Assembly: GCA_028826165.1 (NCBI GenBank)
Contig: JAPDFW010000105.1
Location: forward strand, 151,468 to 215,467
Reading direction: 5' to 3'
DNA: 64,000 nt
From: Anaeramoeba ignava BMAN
Taxonomy: Eukaryota > Protista > Anaeramoebae
Below the pieces are notes generated by a model. The model was not told where the DNA came from. It was given only the letters and a program-made list of their open reading frames with translations, and did no database searches. The number at the start of each line of letters is the position of its first letter. The first letter of the stretch is position 1. The translations under genes and the position numbers were made by a program. This document shows positions 24,607-36,855 of this stretch, in pieces.

Positions 24607-24956
24607 TTCAAAAAAAAGATGAAAAAAATGAAAACAAAAACAAAAACAAAAACAAAAACAAAACAAAAACAAAAACAAAAACCAAAACCAAAACAAAAAC
24701 AAAAACAAAAACAAAAACAAAAAATGAAAACAAAAACAAAACAAAGAAGAAAAACAAAAACAAAACAAAAACGAAAACAAAAATAAAAAAGTGGAACAAA
24801 AAAAGTGGATTTTAATTTTGATTTTGATTTTAATTTTGGATTTTTATTTTGATTTTAATTTTAATTTTGATTTTGATTTTGATTTTAATTTTGATTTTGA
24901 TTTTGATTTTGATTTTAATTTTGAATTTGATTTTGAATTAAAAAAAATAATCATTC

Positions 24957-24978
24957 ATTTAAATGACGTCATTTAAAT
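24957..24978. promoter_or_regulatory. Perfect 22-bp palindrome ATTTAAATGACGTCATTTAAAT with CRE core TGACGTCA
   Basis: Read directly from sequence; about 80 bp upstream of the NEMF ATG in a divergent promoter. Confidence 0.5.
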
Positions 24979-25059
24979 TAAATAAAGAAAAAGAAAAAAA
25001 TTAAAAAAATTTTTTTTCATTTTTTTCAATTCTTATTCATTTTTTGATTTAAAAAAAAA

Positions 25060-28000
25060 ATGACAAAATCATTTACATCAGTTGATGTTCGAGTTATGAC
25101 AGAAATCATATCAGAAAAATGCAAAGGATACAGACTTCAAAATATTTACAGTTTAACATCTTCTATTTATCTTTTAAAATTTAGTGTTCCAAATCATAAA
25201 CAAATGGTTTTAGTTGAAGCTGGTGTTCGTGTTCATCCTACTAAATTTGAAAGGAAAAAATCCCTTTTTCCAACTCCTTTTACTTTGAAATTGAGAAAGC
25301 ATATTAAGACTAAAAGGTTGGAAAGTGTTATTCAGTTTGGAATTGATCGGACAATTGATTTTCATTTTGGAACTCATCATTTAATAGTTGAATTATTTTC
25401 AAAAGTGAATATTTATTTCAAAATTATTTATAAAATTATTTATAAAATTTATTTATAAAAATTATTTCAAAAATTATTTATAAAATTATTTATAAAATTT
25501 ATTTCAAAATTTATTTCAAAATTTATTTCAAAATTTATTTCTAAATTATTTATAAAATTTATAAAATTTATTTATAAAATCTATTTATAAAATTATTTCT
25601 AAATTATTTATAAAATTATTTCTAAATTATTTATAAAATTTATTTATAATTTATTTCTAAAATTTATAAAATTTATTTTCAAAATTTATTTATAAAAATT
25701 ATTTTTAAAATTTATTATAATTTATTTCTAAATTTATTTATAAAATTTATTTCAAAAATTATTTATAAAAATTATTTATAAAAATTATTTCAAAATTTAT
25801 TTATAAATTTATAAAATTATTTATAAAATTATTTCTAAAATTATTTATAAAATTTATTTATAAAAATTATTTATAAAAATTATTTATAAATTATTTATAA
25901 AAATTATTTTTAAAATTTATTATAATTTATTTCTAAATTTATTTATAAAATTTATTTCAAAAATTATTTATAAAAATTATTTATAAAAATTATTTCAAAA
26001 TTTATTTATAAATTTATAAAATTATTTATAAAATTATTTATAAAATTATTTATAAATTCATTTATAAAATTATTTATAAATTCATTTATAAAATTTATTT
26101 ATAAAATTTATTTATAAAATTATTTATAAAATTTATTTATAAAATTATTTATAAAATTTATTTATAAAATTATTTATAAAATTATTTATAATTTATTTAT
26201 AAAATTATTTATATAATTTATTTATAAAATTATTTATAATTTATTTATAAAATTATTTATATAATTTATTTATAAAAATTTATTTATAAAATTTATTTAT
26301 AAAATTATTTCTAAATTTATAAAATTCATTTATAAATTTATTTATAAAATATATTTATAAAATTTATAAAATTTATTTCAAAATTTATTTATAAAAATTA
26401 TTTCAAAATTTATTTCAAAAATTATTTATAAAATTATTTATAAAAATTATTTCAAAATTTATTTATAAAATTTATTTATAAAATTCATTTAATTTATTTA
26501 TAAAATTATTTATAAAATTTATAAAATTTATTTATAATTTATTTCTAAATTTATTTATAAAATTATTTATAAATTTATTTATAAAATTTATTTTAAAAAT
26601 TATTTATAAAATTATTTTAAAATTTATTTATAATTTATTTCTAAATTTATAAAATTCATTTCTAAATTTATAAATTATTTATAAAATTTATAAAAAAAGG
26701 GAAATGTTATTCTGACAGACTTAGATTATAGAATTGTTGCTCTTTTAAGAACACATAAATATGATGATGATGTCCTTTTAGCTGTTAACCAAATTTACTC
26801 ATTTTCAGAAATGAAACAATTTAAACAATTTACAAAAGAAGAAATAATTGAAACAATTACACAAGATTTCCAACAATTTCAACAAACAAATCCAACAAAA
26901 AAATCCATTTTGAAAAAAAAAGAAGATCAAACAGAAATAAATATAGAAAATGAAAATGAAAAAGAAAAAGAAATACCTTTACTTGATAAAACAACACTTC
27001 TTAATTATATCAATAAGAAAATCAATTTTGGAATGCCTCTTTGTGAACATTTTATTCGATTATCAGGAATAAAACCAAATATCAAAGTTTTACAATTTCT
27101 TAAAAACGATCAAAAAAATAATTTTGATTCTTTGAATTTATTAGCTTCTAAAATTTTGGAAGGTCAAGAATATTTAAAAAATCCTTTAAGTTTTGAAAAA
27201 AAAGGATTTATTATTTTAGTTCCTAAAAAAAATGAACAAAAAAATGAGCAGAAACAAGAAAAGAAAAATCAAAATCAAAATCAAAATAGTAAACTTTCTC
27301 GAAAAGAAAAAGGAAGATTAAAAGAATTAATGAGAAAACAAAAATGAATGAAAATCAAAATCAAATTGAAAATCAAAATCAAAATCAAAATCAAAATCAA
27401 AATCAAAATCAAATTGAAAAAGAAAAGGAAAATAAAATTGAAAATCAAAATCAAAATCAAAATCAAATTCAAAATGAAAAAGAAAATGAAAATGAAAAAG
27501 AATATGAATATTATGGATATTCACCAATTCTTCTAACTCAATACAATAATCCTTCAATTCGTAATTTTAAATATATTGAATATCCAACTTTTGAAGAAGC
27601 AGTTGATGAATATTTCCAAAAATTCGAAATTGAAAAATTAGAAGATAAAAGAAACACATTGGAAATGAATGTAACAAAAAAAGTAGAAGGGATAAAAGAT
27701 AGTCAATCAGATCGATTAGAAAAATTAGTTTCAGATCAAAAAATCGCGCTTAAAAAAGCCAAAATTTTAGAAACAAATCTTGAAATTGTTGAAAGATGTC
27801 TTGAAATCATCAAAAGTGCAGTTAATTCAGGACTTGATTGGAGTCTTTTAGAAACAATGATCCAAGACGAAAAAAAGAAGGAAAATCCAGAAGCATTAAT
27901 TATTCAAAAACTAGATTTAGCAAAAGATAAAATCACTTTATCATTTGAGGATCTTTTGGATGAAAATGATAATCAAAACGAAAACGATAATTTGGAAGAA

Positions 28001-29626
28001 GAAAAAAATAGGAACATCTTGATTGATGTTTTTGTCTCATTAACAGCTTATGCAAATGCACAATATTATTATCAGGAGAAAAAAAAACTTGCTGAAAAAG
28101 AAACAAAGACTCGAGAGGCAAGAAAACGGGTTTTAAGAAAAGCAGAGCAAAAAACAAAAGCAAAACTCGAGGATCTTGGCGATCGTGTTTCAAATACAAC
28201 TTTGAAACAACTTCGCAAGTTGATGTGGTTTGAGAAATTCTATTGGTTCATTTCCTCAGATAGTTATATTGTTGTTGCAGGAAGAGATGCTCAACAAAAT
28301 GAGTTATTAGTGAAAAAATATATGAAAAAAAACGATGTTTTTGTTCATGCAAATATTCATGGAGCTGCAACCGTTGTTGTCAAAAATTTCCCGTCAGGTG
28401 GCCCTATTCCTGAAACTACACTTGTTGAAGCAGGCACTTTTAGTATTGTCAGAAGTGCTGCTTGGAAAACAAAAGTCACAACAAGTGCTTGGTGGGTTCA
28501 TTCTTATCAAGTCTCAAAAACTGCTCAATCAGGTGAATATTTATCAACTGGCAGTTTTGTTATTCGTGGAAAGAAAAATTTCCTTCCTCCTTCTTATCTT
28601 GTAATGGGTATTGGTCTTCTTTTCCGTTTGGAAGATTCTTATTTAAAATATCACGAACATGAACATAATCAAAAATTATTTTCAGTTTTGAAAGGGGAAC
28701 AAAAAAACAAAGAAGAAATTAAAGAAGAAATTCAAGAAGAAATTAAAGAAGAAATCAAAGAAGAAATTAAAGAAGAAATCAAAGAAGAAATTAAAGAAGA
28801 AATTAAAGAAGAAATTAAAGAAGAAATTCAAAATGAAAATGAAAATGAAAATGAAAATGAAATCAAAGAAGAAATTCAAAAACCAATCAAAAAGAAAACT
28901 TATCTTTCAGCAAGACAAAAAAAACTCAAAAAAAAAGGTCGTGATATCAATGAACCTAAAAAAGAAATCCCAAAAAAAGATACAGAAGCTGTCATCCAAA
29001 ATGCTAAAAACAAATATAAAGAACCAGATCCAAAATCATTTTCAAATACAAGAAGAGAAAAGAAATTAAAGAAAAAGAAAACAAAAAAAGTCAACGAAAT
29101 TAATGATTTGAAGCAAAAAGAAGTGATGAACCAAATTTTAAACCAAAACATTCAAAATCAAGAAAATTCAAATAATCTCGAAACAGATTCTCCCAATTCA
29201 CAAATCATTGAAGATGTCGATCAAAATACACAAGAATCAGAAGAAACTTCTACAATAGATAACGAATTAGGTATTATTAAATTCTTGACAGGAAATCCCC
29301 GTCCAAATGATGAACTTCTTTATGCCATTTCAATGTGTGCACCTTATTCTGCAATTGAAAGATGCAAATATAAACTCAAACTTGTTGCTGGAACAGAAAA
29401 AAAAGGAAAGCTTTTGAAAACTATTATTCATAATTTCCTTAAACAAGTTTCAGAAAAAGAAGCAGCTCTTGTTCATATAATGGAATATCCAATTATGGAA
29501 CAAGCTTTAATTGGAAATGCAAGAATTGAATATGAAAATGATTCAAATTCAAAAAAAGGAAATAAAAATAAAAATCAAACCAAAAATCAAAACAAAAACA
29601 AAAATACAAATAAAAGCAAAAAATAA
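25060..29626 (+). CDS. NEMF: NEMF/Rqc2 ribosome quality-control factor; join(25060..25404,26700..29626) with an apparent 1-bp A-run deletion near 27343
   Basis: FTSVDVR, GYRLQNIYSL, FTLKLRKHIKTKRL, GIDRTIDF, ELFSK|GNVILTD, WFEKFYWFISSD...GRDAQQNELLVKKY, HANIHGA, QVSKTAQSGEYLSTGSFVIRGKKNFL and MCAPYSA. Confidence 0.95.
25405..26699 (+). repeat. 1295-bp intron of 12-13-bp AAAATT(T)ATTTAT satellite
   Basis: GTGAAT...AAAAAG; interior is a near-pure A/T periodic repeat. Confidence 0.9.
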
Positions 29627-29971
29627 CAATAAAAACAATAAAAACAATAAAGAAATCAAAAAGATTTAAAAAATTTTAATTTTAATTTTTTAATTTTAAA
29701 TTTAATTTAATTTAAAGTTTAATTTTGTGCACTTTTTTCTTTTAAATTAAATTTAAATTTATATTAAAATTAAAATCAAATTTTCTTAATTAATTTCAAT
29801 TCCAAAATGTATTTAAAAAAATAAATTTCAATAAATAATTAAAAAAAAGTGGAAATGTCAAAAAAAAAAAAAAAAAAAGTGGAATTTGTTTTTTTTGTTT
29901 TTTTTGATCAATTTTTTTAAAAAAAAACAAATTCCATTTTTTTTTTAATCTAAATTAATTAAATAAATAAA

Positions 29972-31716
29972 ATGAATTCAAATAAAGAAAATAAAGAAAA
30001 TAAAGAAAATTTTCTTTCTAAATTTGAACAAAAAGTAAGTAAAAAAAAGTGAAAAAAAAAATATATAAAATAATCAAAAAAAAAAAACAACAAAAGAATT
30101 TAGGAATTCCTTTTAAATATTTTAAAGGAAGAAAAAGAAATGAAAATAAAAATGAAAATATGGAAATTTTTGTTTCAGAAGAAATTCCAAAATTAAAAAC
30201 AAAAGAAAGGAAATTAAAAATTAAAGAAAAAAAATCAAGAAAAACAAAATCAAAACCAAAAATATCAAAACAAAGAATTTCTGTAAGTTTTTTATTAAAT
30301 CAAAATTAAAATCAAAATTAAAATCAAAATCAAAATCAAAATCAAAATCAAAATCAAAAATAAAATCAATAATAAAAATAAAATTAAAATCAAAATTAAA
30401 ATCAAAATTAAAATTAAAATCAAAATCAAAATCAAAATCAAAATCAAAATCAAAATCAAAATCAAAATCAAAATCAATATCAAAATCAAAATCAATATCA
30501 AAATCAAAATTAAAATCAAAATCAAAATCAAAATCAAAATCAAAATCAAAATCAAAATCAAAATCAAAATCAAAATCAAAATCAAAATCAAAATCAAAAT
30601 CAAAAATAAAATTAAAATCAAAAATAAAATCAAAAATAAAATCAAAATCAAAAATAAAATTAAAATCAAAAATAAAAATAAAATCAAAATCAAAATCCAA
30701 AACAAAAATAAAATCAAAAATAGATTCCAAATAAAATTCAAGGAATTTTTAATAAAGGAAGAAGATCTGAAAAAATAACTCAATCCAAAATAAATCAAAT
30801 TCAAAACCAACAAGTTTTTTTAGAATCTGAATTTTTTGGAACAAATTCAAATGAAAATTCAACTGAAAATTCAAATCCAAATGAAAATTCAAATTCAAAT
30901 TCAAATCCAAATAAAAATTCAAATCAAAATTCAAATCCAAATTCAAATTCAAATTCAAATCAAAATTCAAATCCAAATCCAAATTCAAATTTAAATTCAA
31001 ATTCAAATGAAAATTCAATTCAAAATTCAAATCAAAATGAAGAAATTTTCCAAAATAGAAAAAGAGAATTATTCCAAAAATCAAATTCAAATTCAAATTC
31101 AAAATCAAATTCAAATTCAAATTCAAATTCAAATTTTGAAATTAAAAGATTAAAAAATCAAAATTTAATTCAAAATTCAAATTTTAATATTGAAAGTGGA
31201 ACAAAAAAAAATTCTCAAAAAATTAATCAAAACAAAAAAAATATTTATCAATCTTTCCTTTCAAATTCTCAAAAAAAAGAAATTGAGGAAAAATTAGAAG
31301 AAAGAGAAAAAAGAATTGAAATGTTAAGTGAAGGAAAAAAAATTAAAGAAAATGAATTTTTTCAAGAATTTTTAAATGAAGCTTCTGATAATTTTGAAAA
31401 GAGTTTCGAAGAAAAATTATCGAAAAAAAATTCTAAAAAAGATCAAATAAGGAAAAAATTATTTGATTTGGAAAGTGAAAATTCAAAAGGAGAAGAAATT
31501 GATTTTACAAAAGATTCTTTTCAAGGAATTATTTTTTATCAACCAAAATTAAAAGAAGAAGATTATGGAGTAAAAATTATTGGTAAATTTAAAGAAATTT
31601 TAACTAAAAAAATTGAAAAAATTATTTTAGAAAATCAAAAAGAAGAAAAAGAAAAAGAAAAAGAAGAAAAAGAAGAAAAAGAATTTGATTTTTCTCCAAT
31701 TAATGATTTAAAATAA
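29972..31716 (+). CDS. Hypothetical low-complexity protein; join(29972..30034,30097..30282,30724..31716)
   Basis: Two phase-0 GTAAGT...AG introns join open frames into one ORF; the second intron is (AAAATC)n. No domain recognised. Confidence 0.6.
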
Positions 31717-31836
31717 ATAAAAATTAAAATAAAAATTAAAATTAAAATTCATTTTTTTCCTTTTTTTCTTTTTTCTTTTTATTAAAAAAAAATAAAACAA
31801 AAAAAAATTTTTTTTAATTTAAAAAACAAAAAAAAA

Positions 31837-34095
31837 ATGAGTCAACAAATAAATTTTACAAATAAACAAGAAAATCAATATCAAAATTCAAATCAAAATT
31901 ATCCATATTCAAATCCATATCCAAATCCATATTCAAATTATCAAAATCAAAATCTAAATCAAAATCAAAATCAAAATCAAATTCAAAATCTAAATCAAAA
32001 TCTAAATCAATACCAAAATCAAAACCAATATCAAAATCAAAATCAAAATCAAAACCAATATCAAAATCAAAATCAAAATCAAAACCAATATCAAAATCAA
32101 AATCAATATTATGATCAAAATCAAAATCAATATTATGATCAAAATCAAAATCAATATTATGATCAAAATGAATATTATCAAAATCAATATTATGAAAATC
32201 AATATTATGATTATCCAAATCAAAATTATCAAAATTATCAAAATTATCAAAATTATCAAAATTATCAAAATACAAATCAAATTCAAAATTCACTCCAAAA
32301 TTTAAATTTGAATTCAAATCCAAATCCAAATTCAAATATAAATAATCATTCAATTCAACATCAAATCCACAATCAAAACCAAAATCAATTTCAAAATTTA
32401 AGTTTATATACAAATCAACATGAAAATATAAATCAAAATCAATATTCAATTCAACATTCAATTCAACATTCAATTCAACATCCAAATTATCCAAATCAAA
32501 ATCAAAATCAAAATCAAAATCAAAATCTAAATCTAAATCAAAATCAAAATATAAATCAAAATCTAAATCAAAATCAAAATATAAATCAAAATCTAAATCA
32601 AAATATAAATATAAATCAAAATCAAAATATAAATCAAAATCAAAATAAAATTCAAATTCAACATCAAATTCAACATCAAAATATAAACCAAAATATAAAC
32701 CAAAATCAAAATATAAACCAAAATATAAATCAACAATCAATTCAACAATCAATTCAACAATCAAATTATCCAAATCAAAATAAAAATCAAATTCCAAATA
32801 AAAAAACTCAAAAAAAGACTACAAATAAATCTACAAATAAATCTACAAATAAATCTACAAATAAATCTACAAATAAATCTAAAACTAAAACTAAAGCTAA
32901 AGCTAAAATTAACACTTCAATTCAAATTCCAAATCCAAATCAAATTCCAAATTCAAATCAAATTCCAAATCAAAATCAAATTCCAAATCAAAATCAAATT
33001 CCAAATACAAATTCAAATCCAAATCCAAATCAAAACCCAAGTCAAAATTCAAATCAAATTCAAAATCAAATTCAAAATCAAAATCAAAATCAAAATCAAA
33101 ATCCAAATCAAAATCCAAATCAAAATCCAAATCAAAATCCAAATCAAAATCCAAATCAAAATCCAAATCCAAATCCAAGTCAAATTCCAAATCAAAATCA
33201 AATTCCAAATACAAATCAAAATCAAAATCTAAATCTTGATGACTATGATGATAAATATGATACATACCTTGATTATTATGATGAAAATTCTTTTGATGAT
33301 GAAAACGAATATCCAAATGAACAAGATAAAATTCTTTATGATAATAATGGTTTGGCTTATATTATAGATGAATATGGAAATAAATATTATGAATTAGAAA
33401 AAAGTTCAGATTATGATGATGAAAATGATAGTTATGATGAAGGTTATGATAATCCTTATGATTATGATGAAAATTATGATGAAGGGTATGATGAAAATTA
33501 TGATGAAAATTATGATGAAAAATATGATTATGATGAAAAATATGATGAAAAATATGATTATGATGAAAATTATGATTATGATGAAAAATATGATTATGAT
33601 GAAAATTATGATTATGACGATCATAATTATCCAAATTTAAACACAAATCAAAATAGTTTAACTGATGTAAGTGAACTTGATTCACTATATAGTCCATCTA
33701 AAAATCAGCAAAATGAAATTGGAGATAATTTTCAGTCTACAGAAAGGAAAAGTGGATATAAATGGATAAGGAAATCAAAAAATACTGAAAATCAAAACCA
33801 AATCCAAAATCCAAAACCAAAGCTAAATCCAAATTCAAAATCAAATTCAAAATCAAAATCAAAATCAAAATCAAATTCAAATTCAAATTCAAATTCAAAT
33901 TCAAATTCAAATTCAAATTCAAAATCAAATTCAAAATCAAAATCAAATTTAAAATCAAATTCAAACTCAAAATCAAATTTAAAATCAAATTCAAATTTAA
34001 ATTCAATTTCAAATTTAAATTCAAATTCAAAACCAAATCCAAATTTAAATTCAAATTCAAATTCAAATTCAAATTCAAATTCAAAACAAATTTAA
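31837..34095 (+). CDS. Hypothetical Q/N-rich, prion-like disordered protein with Y-D-E repeats (752 aa)
   Basis: Long ORF after a TCATTTT motif; blocks of NQ, YQN, IQH, TNKS, PNQ, YDEN/YDEK and SN/SK repeats. Confidence 0.6.
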   Translation: MSQQINFTNKQENQYQNSNQNYPYSNPYPNPYSNYQNQNLNQNQNQNQIQNLNQNLNQYQNQNQYQNQNQNQNQYQNQNQNQNQYQNQNQYYDQNQNQYYDQNQNQYYDQNEYYQNQYYENQYYDYPNQNYQNYQNYQNYQNYQNTNQIQNSLQNLNLNSNPNPNSNINNHSIQHQIHNQNQNQFQNLSLYTNQHENINQNQYSIQHSIQHSIQHPNYPNQNQNQNQNQNLNLNQNQNINQNLNQNQNINQNLNQNININQNQNINQNQNKIQIQHQIQHQNINQNINQNQNINQNINQQSIQQSIQQSNYPNQNKNQIPNKKTQKKTTNKSTNKSTNKSTNKSTNKSKTKTKAKAKINTSIQIPNPNQIPNSNQIPNQNQIPNQNQIPNTNSNPNPNQNPSQNSNQIQNQIQNQNQNQNQNPNQNPNQNPNQNPNQNPNQNPNPNPSQIPNQNQIPNTNQNQNLNLDDYDDKYDTYLDYYDENSFDDENEYPNEQDKILYDNNGLAYIIDEYGNKYYELEKSSDYDDENDSYDEGYDNPYDYDENYDEGYDENYDENYDEKYDYDEKYDEKYDYDENYDYDEKYDYDENYDYDDHNYPNLNTNQNSLTDVSELDSLYSPSKNQQNEIGDNFQSTERKSGYKWIRKSKNTENQNQIQNPKPKLNPNSKSNSKSKSKSKSNSNSNSNSNSNSNSNSKSNSKSKSNLKSNSNSKSNLKSNSNLNSISNLNSNSKPNPNLNSNSNSNSNSNSKQI

Positions 34096-34675
34096 ATTCA
34101 AATTCAAATTCAAAATCAAATTCAAATCTAAATTCAAATTCAAATTCAAATTTAAATTCAAATTCAAATTTAAATTCAATTTCAAATCTAAATTCAAATT
34201 CAAATTCAAAAATTCAAAATCAAATTCAAATTCAAATTCAAATTCAAATCCAAATCCAAAATCAAATGAAAATTCAAAATCAAAACCCAAGTCAAAATTC
34301 AAAATCAAAATCAAATGAAAATTCAAAAATTCAAAAATTTAAATTCAAAATTCAAATTCAAAATCAAATTCAAATTCAAATTCAAAATCAAATCCAAATT
34401 CAAAATCAAAATTAAAATTTAAATTCAAAATCAAAATCAAAAATTCAAAAATTTAAAATCAAAATTGAAGTTGGAATACTTTTTTTTTTTTATTGAAGAA
34501 TTTCTTCTTTTTTGTTTCAAATTTTTTTTAAAAAAAAAAAAGGGAAATAAAATGAAAGAGAAAAAAAAAAAAGAATAAAAGAATTTATGTGAAAATGAAA
34601 TGTATTAACAATAGAATTTGAAATAATTGAGAAGTTCTTGATTGAAAAGAAAACAAAAAGAAAAATAAAAAGAAA

Positions 34676-35817
34676 TTAACAACATCCTTTAGATTTTTTT
34701 TTAGGATTATTCTCAAATGGAGAATCAATTATAATTTGAGGATTTTCTGATGTATTTGATTTTTTAGTTGCTAAATGAAGATCAAGTTTTCCATCTTTAA
34801 TTTTTTCATAAATTATTCTAGCAGTTTGTAAAAAAGCAGTTTCAACATTTTCACCAGTTTTTGCAGAAGTTTCAAGATAAGTTAAACCTAAAATATAAAT
34901 AGGAAAAAAGAAAAAAAATTAAAAAAAAAAAATTTTTTTTTCTTTTCGGGAATTTTTTTTTTTTGCTTTTTTTTTTCTTTACCATGTTCATCTGCATAAT
35001 TTTTTGCTTCTTCAAATGAAACTTGTCTTTCTTGAATATCTGTTTTATTCCCAATCATAACAATAACTGCATCAGGACTTGTACATTTATTCACATCAGA
35101 TAACCAAGTATTTAAATGAACAAAAGTATTTCGTCTTTTATTTTAAAAAATTTTTTAAAAATTAACTTATTTTTTTGTTCCACTTTTTTTTTTATTTTAA
35201 ATTTTAAATAAACCTTGATGTATCAAAAACTAAAAGAACACCAAGAGCTCCTCGAAAATAACTTTTTGTTACAGCTCTAAATCTTTCCTATTTATTTATA
35301 ATTTATTTTATTTTATAATTTAATTTTATTTATTTTTATTTATATTTTATTTACTTGACCTGCAGTATCCCAAACTTGAATTTTACTTAATTTTTTAGTT
35401 TAAATTTTTTTAATTTAAGTTTTTTTAATTTAAATTTTAATTTAAAATTTTTTTTTTTCAATTATTGAATTTTCATTTATATTTTTTTTTTACATATGAT
35501 CTTTCATAATTTCAACAATTCTTGAAGAAAATTCAACTCCAATTGTATGTGGACATTCAGGAATAACTTTTAAAAAAAAGTATTATTCATTTTATTTTTT
35601 TTAATTAAAAAAAAAAAAAAAAAGCAATTTAAAAAATAATTCTTATACATTTTCCTTCTGTAAATCGATGAAGAAGACTTGATTTGCCTTTTAAAAAATT
35701 TTAAATTAAAAAAATTTTAAAAATAAAAATTATTTTAAATTATTTTATAAAAATTAATTAACCTGTTCCCATTGCTCCAATTATAATATATTTAAAAATA
35801 TAATTATAAGTCGCCAT
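34676..35817 (-). CDS. RAB14: Rab14-like small GTPase, 7 exons: 35817-35763, 35687-35649, 35566-35494, 35385-35355, 35287-35214, 35134-34983, 34887-34676
   Basis: Spliced [44 protein letters not shown]...[20 protein letters not shown]...GNKTD...ETSAKTG...KGCC*. [9 protein letters not shown] and CPHTIGVEF are Rab14 signatures; C-terminal CC is a prenylation motif. Confidence 0.9.
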
Positions 35818-35960
35818 TTAAATTTAAAAAATTTTTTTTAATTTATAAATTTTTTATTAATAAAAAAAGGAGAAAAAAAATGAAAAATAAAAAATAAAAA
35901 ATTAAAAAAAAATTATTTTTTCATTTTTCATTTTTTCATTTTTTCATTTCCCTTTTTTAA

Positions 35961-36724
35961 ATGAATTTATTAATAAAATTTTTCTCAATTTTTCTACTGA
36001 TAATTTTTATCAGGGCAGTTTATATTCTTCCAATTTGGAAAAGACCAACACAAATGAAAACAAAACGTCAAAAATACAAAATACCGATTTCCATTCTATC
36101 AGTTATTGGTTCTGGTTTGTATAACACTAACTAATAAAAAAAACACGAGAATAAATATAAACAATCCAAACGCTAATTACTTCTTATTAAAAAGGCGGGC
36201 ATACGGCCGAAATGTTGAAACTTTTAGATGGACTTTTACAAAAAGATAGAACTCGTTATTATCAAGTTAATTTTATTGTCGCGAAAACGGATAAAAATAG
36301 CAAGATCAAGATCGAAAAATTCATACAAAATATTCGCGAAAATCCAACTTCGTTGATCCAAAAAAATCAGTTTAAAATTTTCGAAATTCCACGAAGTCGT
36401 GAAGTTGGTCAGTCTTTTATTTCTTGTATTTTGCCAACAATCCGAGCCTTTTTTAGTTCGTTGTTTGTCTTGTTTAAAACCAAACCCAAATTATTACTGG
36501 TTAACGGTCCGGGAACTTGTGTTCCTGTCAGTATATGCGCTTTTTTTATTCGTGTCCTTTTTCTTAATAAAACTGACATTATTTATGTTGAAAGTGTTGC
36601 AAGAGTCAAATCTCTTTCCCTTTCTGGTTTGATTCTCTATATCATTGCTGATAGATTCTTGGTTCAGTGGACTGAACTTTATCAAAAATATTCAAAATCA
36701 GAATATATTGGAAGATTATTTTAG
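35961..36724 (+). CDS. ALG14: UDP-GlcNAc transferase subunit ALG14; join(35961..36114,36195..36724)
   Basis: N-terminal TM segment, VIGSG|GHTAEML, IPRSREVGQS, NGPGTCVP, YVESVARVKSLSLSG and FLVQW. Confidence 0.95.
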
Positions 36725-36855
36725 TTTTGCTTTTTTTGTTTTGCTTTTTTTTTTTGCTTTTTTTTTTTGTTCCACTTTTTTTTTTTTGATGGATAAAATC
36801 GTTAAAAAAAAATATTTTTTTTTTCATTTTTTTCATTTTTTTCATTTTTTTAAAA

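Noticed and set aside
24607-24780. Hydrophobic F/C/L N-terminal extension of the ANK ORF as a signal or TM segment
   Set aside because: It is an AAAAAC microsatellite opened by a non-ATG start. The real ATG with Inr-like motif is at 24606.
25405-26699. Identical 1295-bp length of the NEMF and RPT4 introns as evidence of a mobile intron
   Set aside because: Different repeat units and termini, and no shared terminal repeats; treated as coincidence.
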